From NCBI GenBank assembly GCA_024137785.1, contig JAHRHZ010000223.1:15409652-15473651 (forward strand): a DNA stretch of 64,000 nt. Direction: 5' to 3'. This document shows, one piece after another, positions 51,351 through 64,000 of the stretch. Below the pieces are notes generated by a model, which worked only from the letters and a program-made list of their open reading frames with translations, had not been told where the DNA came from and did not search any database. Source of the stretch: Ginglymostoma cirratum. Lineage: Eukaryota. Position numbers and translations under genes: made by a program. How positions within the stretch are numbered: position 1 is the first letter of the stretch; the number at the start of each line of letters is the position of its first letter.

Positions 51351-54179
51351 CAGCACTGACATCTTGTGGCTTTATTTGCAGCTAAAATATTACTTATAAT
51401 GTAAAGGAATCTTCAGACACAACCTGTGCCTTGAATGTTGCAGTGCACAGAGCCTATGATCATGTGATAACAGCCCTGTACCGGCTTGTTTACATATTCA
51501 TCGCTTAAAGGTACATCACTCTGTAGGTGATAACACAACCTTTCCTATTTTGACAATGATAACTCTCATACATCACAAGAACACATAAACAATGGGCAAT
51601 AGCAAAACTAGTTATACAGAGGTAGGGATTGTGATATTTTCAAGATTCTGAACCAAATATTGTTTTGGTAGTTTGATAACTCTTCCAAATCTTGTTGTGA
51701 TGTAACCTTCTGGGAGTGTGGATTTCACCTTTGCTGTTTTAAATCTTCAAACGTGTTGTCAGTGTGATGATTCCATAACTCTGCCATTGTTTGAGTATGT
51801 TGTTTCATGTTTGCTGTGTACAATTGGCATTTTGCACAATTCCATTAGTTGGCGTCCGTTCCTCCCCCGGTTGCTCCCATTAGGTGTTGCGACTTCACAA
51901 GATGGGCTCGTAGCACACTTTGGGAACTTATGCAGGTAACTATGCTCCCATTGTGGAGTGTGTGATTCTGGTCTTAACACCCACATATGGTTGAGGTAGT
52001 TCCATATCATTACTAAACATTCCAAAAACAGTATGTTTAATATTTATCCATGGTTTAGGCCGAAAGTTACGGGCAGTATTAAACTATGAGAAGAGGTTTA
52101 TCATTTTATAAAGAATGATTACAAGCCTGAGAATTGGAAGACATTTCAAAACTAGTAAATGTTGATGAAAATGGGAAAAAAATAACAAATAGGACAGTAA
52201 AGAAGCTAGGAAATGAAAGTATATTGTTTATGCTATTATAAATGGAAAAGAAGGAGAGTAGCTAAAGTAAATATTGCTCTCTTACAGGCAGAAACAGGTG
52301 AAATTATGAAGATAAAGTCTTATGGAATGTAGGCAATGTATTAACATGTATAGAAGATTGATTAATTGTTAGGAATTAGAGGACAGGAATAAATGGGCAT
52401 ATCAAACCAGGAAACTGTAACAACAATGTATCTCAGAAGTCCAGCAACTTGCAGATTTTAGCTAAAGCAATTCAAAAGCCAGCTGTAAAAGCTATCCTTC
52501 AATGGAAATTGGCTGTTCTTATACTATTTATTTCTGTTGGATGTTCACTTGGTGTTCAAGTGCATGTACATTGACTGGTGGTGAGAAAAAAAGCAAACTC
52601 ATTTAGCATTAGCTTTCTGAAGTACTTAGTGCAGAGTGCTGTTTAAACCTTAAGTAATACACATCATTTTAAATGATTTCAAACAATGCTTCAGGGTTAA
52701 GCAGCCTTCACAAATACCCCTTTTCAGCTTCACACGAAATATGTTTTCAAACCATTTATTTCTGCCAGGTGGAGCATATAAAATAGGGGAGACAATGGAT
52801 CAGCCTCAGGTTATTATAACATTGTAAAATGTTGTAACTGCACTGCGCATCAGATACTACCTTATCAAACCTGATAAGCCAACAGCTTTGACCACTTATA
52901 AGATTTGGTATCATTGATCTGTGGCAACTCTTTACAAAGCTGAACAGAATGGCGGAGGTCTTGTGACATATTTGAACTCACAACTTTTACATTTTTCATG
53001 CCCCGTTGTTTGTTTTAGCCAGTCCTACAAAAGGGCTACTCTTCAGTCCAAGATGTCTGCTTTTTTGAAAGGGTCAACTCCGATGCTGGCTGACCTACTG
53101 CACACTTCCAGCGCTTCTCCTGATTGTCTTTCAGTTGTTCTTTCCCTCTCCAAATGTTGGGTTGGAACTTTATAGTTTGATGCTAACTTGGCAATGCTTC
53201 ATACACTGATGTCAGTTTTTCTATTATTTCCATGGAAGTGTTTATTTTAAGAGGATTCACACCTTGGCTAACATGATGAAGAAATCATAAATTTCCAGAT
53301 TAATATATTGAATGCATTTACTCTGGCATTCCCTGGTTAGTATTCTGGGCCTCGGAAAACAATTAATGTCCACTGCTAGAAATAAAATATAACATGACTG
53401 GTGCCCTTTCCATTGCTAACCTTGATACAAAGCAGTCAGTAATACCATATTGGACTTCAGTTTTTCTTACCCCTACAGTATGAAATTCCCAACTCTCCCT
53501 TTCCTAGCCTCTTACCTTCCCCCAGTTACAATCCTCAGCTTGTACAGCAGATGGCTGTTCTTGAAAGCATTTGCACAGTATATCAAAATTGTATGCAGAT
53601 GACTAGCATTGAGTAAACTTTACTGCGAGAGATATTTTTAACTGTGAACATCGCTGTGGACTTACTCAATCTCCTAAGTGTACTTCAGACCACCCTTAAA
53701 ACACTTTGCATAATTCTGATGTCTACATTTATGCAATCTTTATCAATCATCTTGAGATTTACCATTACCGTCAGTACCAAACCATGCTCTCGTCTCCTTT
53801 GCTGTGTGCATTGCTTTCTGTGAAGCAGAAGTGATTGATTGCTTATGGAATATTTATTTGTACAATGTAAGTGGCCTTGTGACATCACATTTGCAGGGTC
53901 ACAAAGAATCTCAGCAAGGCTCTAATGTAGAGCTGGGTGCACAGACACAAACATTAAAAAATGAAAATTAAACTAGTGATAATGCATACAACTAATCCTT
54001 TGAAAATACTAACAATGATCAAATTTCTGATCATTGGGCAGTGCAGACAATGCGTTAGCAGTGGTTCAGTGGTGGAACTCTTGTCCTTATCTCTGGAGGT
54101 TCATGTACTAATGAATGTTTTTGATGCCTGGTTGCACAAACATGCAATATAAATAGAACCCTTTATTTTGTAAGTATGC

Positions 54180-55129
54180 TGTTGTGACCAAAGGATCATA
54201 ACTCCAGATCATCTATGCACATCTCAACTTTTAATTCCAAAGGAGATTTAGAAGAAGGCTGCTACAACCAAACAAATGACTCCAGATGTAAATTCACTGA
54301 CTGTCTGACTGAGTCCTGTGTGGTATCATGGAATGTTACACCTGTACAGAATGAAGGAAACTTCAAATAGAAAGACTATAAAGGAAGAAATAACAAGAGT
54401 CTGACTACCTGTACCACTCTCAACAGAAGGTGATCTCCTGCAGGTATGTTTGTGTTTTATCTTCTAGGAATTTCCAATTAAGGGATTTAAATGTGAGATT
54501 CAAATCTTGTCTGTACACGTCTGTGTCCTGGTTTGTGGACTCATATGCCATGAAGGCCGTAGTTTGACAACAGCCATTAAACACTCCTGCACCTCAGGCC
54601 AAGAAAGGGAAAAATCCGTCAGCCAGCCACTGTTAAAAGGAACCAGGACAACAGAATATCAATCAGCTTGCAACATCAAGAATCTCAGAATTTACTGTTC
54701 AACTAAGACTGTTAACAGTACTGATGGCATACACTATAGCTGCAACTAACTATCTACTCCACACAGAAGACTCCGTATATCTCTTCTTAATTTCTTTCTT
54801 TCTCTGGACTTATTTCTTATTTCTAATCTATTTATTGTGTTTTTTTTCTCATATTTAGTAACTAATAAACTCACTTACTTGTTAACTCAAGAAAACCTAG
54901 CTAAATTGATTCCTTTTAAAGCATTAATTCATTTGCTCTGGGAGAAAAGTATCCACAAAGAGAAGGGATCCTATTTAAATTCAACATTTTGAGAACAATC
55001 AATGAGAGGGTGAATGAATAAAGAAGGGAAGCAAAGTCATTCCTTTGTGCCCAGGAGCTTGGAAGATTTGAAGTATCATTTCTGAAGCTGAATCAGCTGG
55101 GGGAACCTTACCATGGTCTAGTTGTAACA
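54180..55129 (+). mobile_element. Solo LTR (~950 bp)
   Basis: Starts TGTTGTGA, ends TTGTAACA. Flanks ATGC/ATGT (4-bp TSD, one mismatch). T-rich tract, then AATAAA ~54864. Confidence 0.6.
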
Positions 55130-56199
55130 ATGTTAACAGACTGCAGTTTGTCAGTATCATTCACCTTATGTGTTTCAAGGTTCTAAGTTATCTTCAAGTA
55201 TTGAAGATCATCCATTATGTTCCTCAAATTGTCCCACATCACACAGATTGAAGCTAATCATTGTGGAGAGTGCTCCATGACATTTACTTTGGTGCTGTGA
55301 ACTTGAAGGATAATAATTTATATTACAACTCCCAAATGGCAATTTTCCATAGCAGCTTTGCTGTCAGTTTAAAATAGTTATTACTGTTTGATCTCCTGAA
55401 ATGCTAGTCAAGGGCTGGTTGGTTCATTTCATTGGTATCAGCCTTAGCTACTCCATGTTGTGCCTCTAATTATAAGCTATGATTAAATGGAGAGAGGAGA
55501 TCAGTTACACCAACAGGCAAAATGGAAATATTTCAGGTGTATATTATGTTGATAAGTTGAAAATAGATGCTTGTGAAAGGAAAACTAGACAGTATAGGCA
55601 ATAGGACAGACTGAAAGGGAAAAACAGTGTAGATTTATAGGTAATCACAAAGTAAGTACTGCAGCTAGGAGTTGTGAACGTGTCATAAAATGATTGGATA
55701 ATATAATCACATGTATGAGCATGAAAATGATGGATAATATAGTATATTACTAATTTGGAATATGAACAATGCAAAAATGATTGGGTAGAGATAGGAGTGA
55801 GTAAAGTGTCACAGTTTGCTTGGAAATTACTATTTTTAGGCGTAGTTGTGGAAGGTTGTTATCTGTAAAATAGGTATATAATTTTTGCTCCAATGGAAAA
55901 AAATTTGAGCTGTATGCTATTTTTTAATGTGTACATTTCCCATGTATGCATGAAGAAATGTTTAAATAAAGGAACTCAAGTGTTATCTCGTCCAAGAGGA
56001 AATAAAGGGTTAAACTCACTGTCACACTTACCGCCAGTTACCAAAGTAACATTTAGAAGAACAGCGGAAGCAGACTATTTGTTTCCTTCTCAGGTACGAG
56101 CAGCAAGCAGAAGAAACTTTTAGAAACAAAACTTTTCAGCTCTTTTGGGAGATTGGCACAAAGGGACATAACCTGAAAATCAGTGCCCAACTAGTTACA

Positions 56200-56440
56200 A
56201 AAGTTCAGAAACACTGCTTCACAGAAAGTTTGGTGCAAGTTTGAAATTGTCTGTCATTTAAAAAAATCCATTAGCTGCCAGCTCAATGAGTAATTTTAAA
56301 TCAGACACTAATATATTTTTGTGAGCCAAGGGCATTAATGGAAATGGAGTCAAGGTGGATGGTTGAAATTATGGTACTGATCAGTCCTAAACCTCATTGA
56401 ATGGAGGAACAGGCAGGAAGGCTGAATAGCCTACACACAT
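56200..56440 (+). mobile_element. CR1 3' fragment, old
   Basis: TTCACAGAAAGT...AATTTTAAATCAGAC...CTCATTGAATGGAGGAACAGGC. Confidence 0.65.
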
Positions 56441-56544
56441 CTTAATATTACTAAGTCATAAAAAAAACTCAATAAGGAAAATGATGGGTTCATAAGGAAT
56501 AATGTTTCCTTTATGGTGAGCTTCCTGAAGATTTGACAAAATGT

Positions 56545-56750
56545 AAACTGAAAGAACTGTGGATGCTGTAAATCAGGAACAAAAACAGAAGTTGCTGGAA
56601 AAGCTCAGCAGGTCTGGCAGCATCTGTGAAGAAAATATTTTAGTTAACATTTCAGGTCTGGTGACCCTTCCTCAGAACACTGGGTCTGAGGAAGGGTCAC
56701 TGGACCCAAAACGTTAACTCTGATTTTTCCTTCATAAATGCTGCCAGACC
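56545..56750. mobile_element. Palindromic Penelope-derived insertion
   Basis: AAAGAACTGTGGATGCTGTAAATCAGGAACAAAAACAGAAGTTGCTGG... with an inverted arm 56683-56750. Confidence 0.8.
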
Positions 56751-57269
56751 ATTTATTCCTTTATTATTATTCCTTTTAGGCTCTGAACTGGAAAGTGGAA
56801 ATTGGACACTGCTGTATAAGTTTAAAAAAAACAGAAGTTTTTTGTTTCCTGCAATTTGAAGATCAAGTGAAATTATGTGGTATATGCTTTGGGCATGCGG
56901 GACTATATTACTTATCGGAGCAATGACGTGGAGACACTGTGGGACCCAATAGCACCAGGAACCTTAGAGTTATAGAGAAACTGCCAAGTCATAGCCTTAA
57001 GATTTATCCAATTGCAGCTTGTTGTACACCTGTGAGTGCAGCACAACCAGGTAAATCTGGAAGTCTGCAAACAGGAAACATCTCTGTCTCCCTTATCTGT
57101 GAGTGGAAAGACAAAAAAAAAATAGCCTGATGACTCAAAGGATGGAATTTTAATACAAGAAAAGATCCAGGTCCACCCAAATGCTTGTGACTTGAAAATT
57201 GACTGTCACTGTGCAGATAGAACTAACTAATTATTTAAAGGTGGAATTGTCTTGCTGAGTTATGGTGAG

Positions 57270-57400
57270 GGGCATATAAATAAATGAATGGGTACTGGCC
57301 ATCCCTGACTTTCCTAAACTTTTAAGATGGTAACTGACGCTAGTCATGTGACAGGTGGCGTCTTCTTGCAAGATGGTGAATCAGGAAGTGACAAGCCAAT
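57270..57400. promoter_or_regulatory. Compact motif cluster (E-box, CTCF-like, ETS, CCAAT)
   Basis: TATAAATA ~57276, GTCATGTGAC 57343-52, CAGGTGGCG 57352-60, CAGGAAGTG 57382-90, GCCAATG 57395-401. Confidence 0.4.
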
Positions 57401-58029
57401 GGATGCTTTTATGAAGAATTAAATCACTATCAGAAGTACTCAATAGTGGAAAAGAAGACTTTGAGATTATTATTGCTTCTTCATCATTTTGAGGTCTATG
57501 TCTGTCATAGTTGGAAAGAAATGCTAGTATACACTTACCATATTCCTTAGCTTTTTAAAAGAAATCCAATACTTGAAATGCCAAATTGTTTCAATGGAGC
57601 TTATCAATTCAACCACTTAGTATATAATATCTTCACATTTTGGACAAAATGATGTAATAGCTGCATCACCAGAAATGCAGTTGTGTTGGGACATAAGTGA
57701 CTAAGTGGAGACAAATGGATATAATTGTCTTGTGTTTTATTTTTATTGATATCATGTTTACATGGAGATTAAACATATTTAAAAATGATGTTTTATCTCT
57801 TTAAATGTGGAGATATGTAAGGGACCATATATATCTCATTTTGCGGTATGAGATGGAAAATGGAAGTTGGATACTGCTGCATAGCAAAAACAAAACGTAC
57901 CTTGCAGAGAGAATTTTCTTTTTCCTTTACCTGGTGTTTGCACATATTTTTATATGTCTGTGTGCATTGTGTATTGCGTGCATGTGCATTTTGGGTAATT
58001 CAGGGGACATGATATTTTTGTGCTGCAAA

Positions 58030-59800
58030 CTATGTTAGATAGTTTTGCCATCTTTGTTGATTATATTGGACATAAAAATTGTGATTTTTGTGATGTGTCT
58101 GCTGATTTCAGTATGTGGTGCCAGACTGTATGCAGTATGGACCCAAGACATGTGAATTTATCAGCAATCTCCAGTATCACATTGTCTGTCCTGAATGAAG
58201 GTGACATAACAAAGTTCTATCAAGTTCATGGCATCTATCTTCCTATGTGATATTCAAACCAAACACTTTACAGGTATGACAGAGTCTGCCCAATTTATGC
58301 AGAGAGTGCTTCTCAATGTGAAGTACTCGTATAGCATCAGCAGCTCAGAGCAACTCTATGCTAATGATTTGTTGCACTTTTGTCTTGGATCTCAGGCAGA
58401 CAAAGCTGAACAGCTTACCATCAGTTCTGCTATGTAAGTAGACATCGGGCTGAATTTTTCCAGCCACTGAACAACGTGGACATTGGCAAGAAATTTCAGA
58501 TAACTGTGTAACATTGGTAGTGAAGGAGATTTTTGGTGTCAACAACAAAAAGTCCTATTTTCCAACCAATTATTGAATGGTGAGATGAGATTCATGCCAG
58601 TGAGATGCAAGAGACCTATTTTCATGCATTAGCCTGAGTGTTCATTTTGTTAATACTTCATTTCTCCTTCTGATGTGCAGTTTCCCATCCTTCCACCTAC
58701 CACATGGAAGCTAGATGCCAACAATTCCCAACAGACCTGAGGGAGTGGTAATCTTGCAACTCTAGCTGGTGACTTGGTCTTCTGGCCCTACATTTAGGAT
58801 GCCAGTCACCAAAATCTCAGGGCATGCTTCATGGACAGTTTGGTTAGATAGTATGAGATAACCTGCAGGGGCCGACAGAGGTAACCCTTCAATGAACTTG
58901 CAAAAATTGTCTAGTTGTCAATTTCTAGTAAGTTGTGACTCAATGTCTCCAAAATGTGCATGACAACGAATGAGGGAGGAATGCGTCAATGCTGGAATGA
59001 CTGACTCTGCTACAGACCTCCAAAGGTTCCAATGTTGCGCGATCATAGCCAGCCTTAGCCATCATGGTGTCATTGAAACAGGAGATCACACTAAGCAGCT
59101 ATAGCAGGCAGCTACTTTACTCTGACAGCTTAAATAGGCTGCGTCTGTTCACCTGTTCAAATGTCCTTGTGATATTGATGAAGATGATATATATTGTTAA
59201 CACTTTGTTCATGGCCTTGCTCTTTTTGCTGTGTATCCTTGAATTCTGAAATAACACTGGGATTCAGGAGAGATGCATTCATCCAAGCCAAGATCTGGAG
59301 TTTGACAAGGACAATGTGGTCTAAGTATTTTTCCATAACTCTCACCAAAGATATGGCTCAATAATTGTTGTAAAGTAGTTAGCCCTCTTCTTATACAGAG
59401 GCACAGTCTTTGCATCATACATATCCCGAGTCACTGCTTCCTGTCTCCTAAAGAGACAGAGATGTTTGTATAGATGTTGTGGAGGTGCTGGTGCCCTGTA
59501 TTCAATGAGTTCAGGCAGTATGGTGTAATCATTTGGAACTTTGCCAGTAGCAAGCAAATCAATAGCTTTGCTAAACTACTCCTCTGTGGATCTGATAATC
59601 CAGCTCTTTCATGATAAGCAGAGTCTCTCTGGTGCTTTGAGCTTCCATGGTGACTGTATTCTCCTTGAGCGTAATTTAAGATAATGTTGCACCCAATCTC
59701 TTCCATCACTTTTGGAAGTCAGCAATAATGTCTGCTTCTTTTATTTTCACTGTAGCTGTTTTCTTTGGTAAATAGACCTGTTACCTTGTTGATTCTATCA
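58030..59800 (-). mobile_element. RTE-clade LINE, degenerate RT (segments ~59150-59800 and ~58030-58445, separated by another insertion)
   Basis: Minus-strand LATGKVP...QHLYKHLCLF..EAVTRDMYDAKTVPLYKK, PESQCYFR, VYLHSRTDGKLFSFVCLRSKTKV..IELL*AAD and ILEIADKFTCLGS match the RTE RT pattern (GKAPG..VPQDMRDA, PESQCGFR, DGKLFNLARLRAKTKV..LLFADD, VDKFTYLGS). Confidence 0.85.
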
Positions 59801-60169
59801 TACATGTCCTTATTGCTCGTTGTGTTAAAGGAATGTAACTTTGTATCCTGTTTGTAATATGGAGGTCAGAAATGAACCAAATCAGATGAGAACATATGCA
59901 ATTTAACCTTTCACAAAACTTACTTCGAGTTGCTAAAATAGTTGTTTCCCTAAATGTTGTTTCAAAATATTTTGGCTTCAGATCTGTTATAATGGTGGGG
60001 ACGCTCTTTGCACTCAGTCATGAAATGGTTAGTGTTAACAAAAAGCCTTTACTTGCCACTTGCCTATTTCTTGACTTGAAAAATGTAGGGCAGCAAGTTG
60101 GAAATTGTAAGAGCACTGTACAGTCAGACCTCATTATACAAGTTTTAGGCAGGTTTCTCAGTATGAAAG

Positions 60170-60760
60170 CAGGCCACCTGCCAACTTTCATTTGATGATT
60201 GTGCTTCCCTGTCCTGGGAAATCCAAGCACAGCAAAAATAATTTTGCTATACAGACCTTATTGAATCCTTTTGCCATTTTAAGCATCTCAATTTGATCCC
60301 ACTTCGATTTTTGAAACTCAGGGTAATGCAATTAAGGTTGATGAAATCTGTGGTCATAATTTAGCACTTTAAGCCTCGATATCATTCTATTAAATCTGTG
60401 CTGGACCTGCTTTGAGACTATTTATCCTTCTTGATCTGCAGTGCCCAGAACTGATTGCAGTGCTCCAAACAGTGTCTGACCAAGGTTCTGTTAAATGAGG
60501 CAGAATTGCCTCTCAATTAAATACCAGCACCGCCCATCACCAACCCCACAAATGAAAGTCACATTTTTATTTGCTTTTTATATGATTTTAATGATTTGAG
60601 AATTAAGACTTTGAATGAAACTTGAGATTAAGTCCCTCTGATGATGCAACACTGATTTCAGTACTGCATTGAAATGTCAGCTTCATTTATATAATCTCTT
60701 CTTTGGACAGGGGCATGCACCCATCAAGTGTTGACAGTGCCATCACTGAGCCAAGGCTGT
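60170..60760 (-). mobile_element. Old CR1 fragment followed by a Deu-SINE 5' fragment
   Basis: GTGCCCAGAACTG...GTCTGACCAAGGTTCTG; TGCAACACT..TCAGTACTGCATTGAAATGTCAGC...CACTGAGCCAAGGCTG. Confidence 0.55.
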
Positions 60761-62229
60761 CACAAGGAGATGTGAGTAGAGTCTAAGATTGTATCAGAGT
60801 CTAAGATTGGTTGTGTTTGTGTCACACTGTTACTAGACATGGTTTTTTATGAGTAAATGCATTTCCACCAACATGTGACTAATACTTCATGGTTAGTGCA
60901 GAGTCAGGATTTGTATGGCTGTTTGTTGGCAGCTGCTATTTTGAGGGAAATGTTAAGAGTTCTCCAGACCTTTGAAAATGTGGAATGAATTAAACAACGG
61001 CCTTTAAATTCTCAGTTTTCTTTCTAAGTTGATGAGACCACGCCTGTCATCACCATCTAGTTTTATCATTGCTTTCTAAATTATGAGTCAGCAAAGTAAA
61101 TTGGCGGCAAGCCTATTGCTATATTTTGGTTTGGGTATGTTATTAAGAAAGTTATCAGAGTGAGATTGGGTCAGAAAAGGACAAAAGGTTACAATACAAA
61201 TCTATTGACTGAAGTTGGGAGCGAGCAGTGTTTTAAAGATGGATATTTATTCTGAGAAAAGTGATCTTGTTAGTTCCCAAATGTAACAAAGTTCTGCCAG
61301 ACTATTCTATTTGAATTGGAATGCATTGTGGAGAGATCTTCATGGTTGTGCTAAATTAAACCACATCACTGCCCTGCTTCCACAAGGACTTCATTTTTTT
61401 TTTGTATTTTAATAAATAGAATCTGTACAACATTTGTGGTTTCCCTGACCACATGGTGTAAATGTTTGATCTGCTGCAAAGTGTAAACTGGTAATTTTTT
61501 TTTTACAAATAGCAGTTTGGTGGGTTTGAAACTAATTTCTCCCACAAATTAGCTATTTAAAGGATGCACATAAGAAAAACACAATTTATGAAAAACTTTT
61601 TCTTGATAAGGAAATTGCTTAAAATTGTAATTCTCAAGGGTGTTCAACAGCAGACACTGATGGAAAACAGAAAAGGGAAACCTGAAAGATCCTGCAGTTG
61701 TTTAAAGAATTCTTCCTTCAGCATGTCTAGAGATGCCAACTAATATATTATGTAAAATTAATCAACAGTACATAAACCATCTATTGTGGAAATATTTAAA
61801 TTGTCATATCAGTATTCAATGCTAAGTATTTGTGATTTTGTGTGTGTAATGTTGCTAATAACTTTTTTAACCTTAAGGTTTGGTACGGTAAATATCGGGA
61901 ACCATAGGTAAAATTATGCATTAACTCAATCAATATACATTGTGGAACTACGCTACAAGACATTTAATATTGTTATGAAAGAAGCACTTTACAATAAATG
62001 TTTTTTTCAGTCCAACCAGGTTATGTGGATATAAAATTATTTGTATGTTATTTATACTTATGAGTCAGTATTGCCTTATTCTGAAAGTTTCTCATTTTGA
62101 CTTCCCTACTTTGGATTAAGATTTCCTACTTTGAGTAGTTTGCAACAAAGCATGAGTGTAAAATTTAAGTAGGAGATATAAACAGGGTAGTAGTGAACTG
62201 CCTACCCATTAAATAGCCTACCAGTTTTC

Positions 62230-62660
62230 CTTTTTAATGGAGCAATGGTTGAAACTACTTTTAGTGCCTAATTATTGTCCCAGCTAAAAACATTTTAGTA
62301 ATCGAACCTAGAACCAATTGGACATTTCAACTTTAACTACAGTATTCAAATCATTAATTGACACTTTTACACTGAAGATGTGTAAATGTGCAAAATTTCT
62401 GAAATATTTCACAAACTTTCCAATCTCAGCACTGTGGAGGGTAAATGCCCTTAATCAAATTTAATTACTGTATTAGAAACAAAATCTCATCTAAAGTAAT
62501 TCACTTCCAGGACATTAATTGTGAAATTAAGTTTGCAGATAAAAACATTTTATCCCCTTCTTTTTGGAGCCAGTTTTGTTAGATAAAAACTACTGCCAAC
62601 ATCAAAGCAATGCTTTGAAGATTTCCCATTGTGGCTCAGCTTTGAAAATTGCAAAAACAA
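62230..62660. promoter_or_regulatory. Candidate conserved non-coding element
   Basis: Repeat-free, with many TAATTA/TAATTG sites, two AGATAA, and ACATCAAAG plus CTTTGAA x2 (TCF/LEF). Confidence 0.4.
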
Positions 62661-63499
62661 TAGTCTAATGAGTAAGAGTTTTGTGGCCTTTTTAATAGAC
62701 TTTTGAGCTTTACCTTAGAGCACTGGAAGGCAGTTTGATCAGCTCAGATCAATGAACGAGTACAAAGCTTGCACGCAACTCAGCACTTTTAGATAAGAGG
62801 AGGAGGGAATCGGACCTTGTTTGCCAGTACCAGACTTTCCACATGAAAGCACCACCTCCTCTTGGGAAAGGGATTCCAGTCTCCTTGGTAAACATATAAA
62901 TTGGATATGATGCCCAAGAAAAAGTACTGTTTTGGCTACTATCCAAGACTTTTTTTCACTGAATGAGAGTAGAAGATTATAAAAAGGGAGTTGGGAGTTA
63001 CAGAGAGTACCACCTTGCTTATAAAGTAACCTAATCCTCTAAACTTTGAAGTTACTGTAATATATTTGCTCCCATTCATCAATTATGACAATGTTAACCT
63101 TATTAGTGAGCTAAGAGGTTTGTCTTAAGTAAATATGCAATCTCATCTTCTCCTGACAAAACATTTAAAACAGTGCCTTTTAGCTATTTTGCCATAAAAA
63201 TATACTGTCAAGTCAGAAAAGCTCCTTGACTTTTAAAGATATTTAATGGCTGATGTGAACCAGGGTTGAAAGTAGCAAATAGAATCTCCATGATGATGAC
63301 AATAAAGTTTACATTTAATTATTTTCTCCCCAAATCTACTCGTCCTTGTTCAGCCATCTTTAAAGAAATTTTAAGTCAATGGGAGACTTCTTCATGACCA
63401 TTAATATCAACATGCTTTTATTTCCTGACAGGAAAGGGTAAACCAAGTCAGTAAATGTAAGTTTTGTTATGATAATGACCATTGAGCAGCTATATTGAC

Positions 63500-64000
63500 A
63501 GTTGGATAAATGCAAGGTTTTGTATTTGGTAAAGTTAGCAAGGGCAGGACTGATACTGTTAATGGTAGGGCCCTGGGTAATGTTGTCGAACAGAGAGACC
63601 ACGGCGAACAGGTATGTCATTCTATGGAAGTTGTGTTACAAGTAGACAGAATGGTCAAGAACGATTCCTAACACATTTGCTTTTATTGCTCAGATCATTG
63701 AGTACAACAGTTGGGACAGCATGTTGAGGACGTTGGTGTGGACTTCTCTGGAGTGCTGTGTCCATTTTTAATTGTCCTCTTTTAGGAAGGATATTAGTAA
63801 GCTGGAAAAGGTTCAGAAGAGATTTACCAGGATGTTGCCAGGTTTGGAAAGTTTGAGTTATAAAGAAAGGCTGGGATGTTTTTCCCAGGAGTGTAGGAGT
63901 TTGAGGGGTGACCTCATAGAGGTTTATAAAATCAACAGGGGCACAGATAAGGTGAATTGTAAAGGTCTTTTCACTGGGGCAGGGGAGTTCAAAACTAGGG
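63500..64000 (+). mobile_element. CR1 ORF2 3' fragment (runs off the window)
   Basis: GATAAATGCAAGGTTTTGTATTTGG, GTTCAGAAGAGATTTACCAGGATGTTGCCAGG, TTGAGGGGTGACCTCATAGAGGTTTATAAAATC. Confidence 0.9.

Noticed and set aside
51849-51935. 87-nt exon-like segment (AG...CAG|GTAACT) with open frames
   Set aside because: No recognisable peptide or neighbouring exons; the 3' part resembles a decayed hAT-like transposon end.
60778-60810. Short tandem duplications (also ~214-246, ~7065-7097, ~15950-15978, ~28590-28616)
   Set aside because: Two-copy slippage or repair duplications; not CRISPR or any functional array.

Overview
Vertebrate genomic DNA, most likely a shark (elasmobranch): the repeats are HE1-type V-SINE, Deu-domain SINEs, CR1/L2/RTE LINE fragments and the short Penelope-like 'GATAACAAG..GCTGGATGAACACAGCAGG' and 'GCTGGAAAAGCTCAGCAGG' elements. 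I recognise no intact protein-coding gene; the ORFs with recognisable homology are retroelement debris. Layout: 1-3100 is a decayed Gypsy LTR element with an inverted solo LTR nested inside its LTR and a 400-N gap. At about 5.7-5.9 kb there is a likely TATA-driven non-coding first exon on the minus strand. About 16.7-32.1 kb is a roughly 15 kb AT-rich but CpG-retaining domain. It holds several promoter-like motif clusters, two candidate spliced lncRNA/micropeptide units and a speculative homeobox relic. The rest is repeat-rich intergenic or intronic DNA with enhancer-like blocks. The clearest hidden structure is a set of about 11 minimal hammerhead ribozyme motifs in short Penelope-derived insertions, several palindromic and flanked by target-site duplications. 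Everything was read by eye, so repeat boundaries are approximate and no database search was run.
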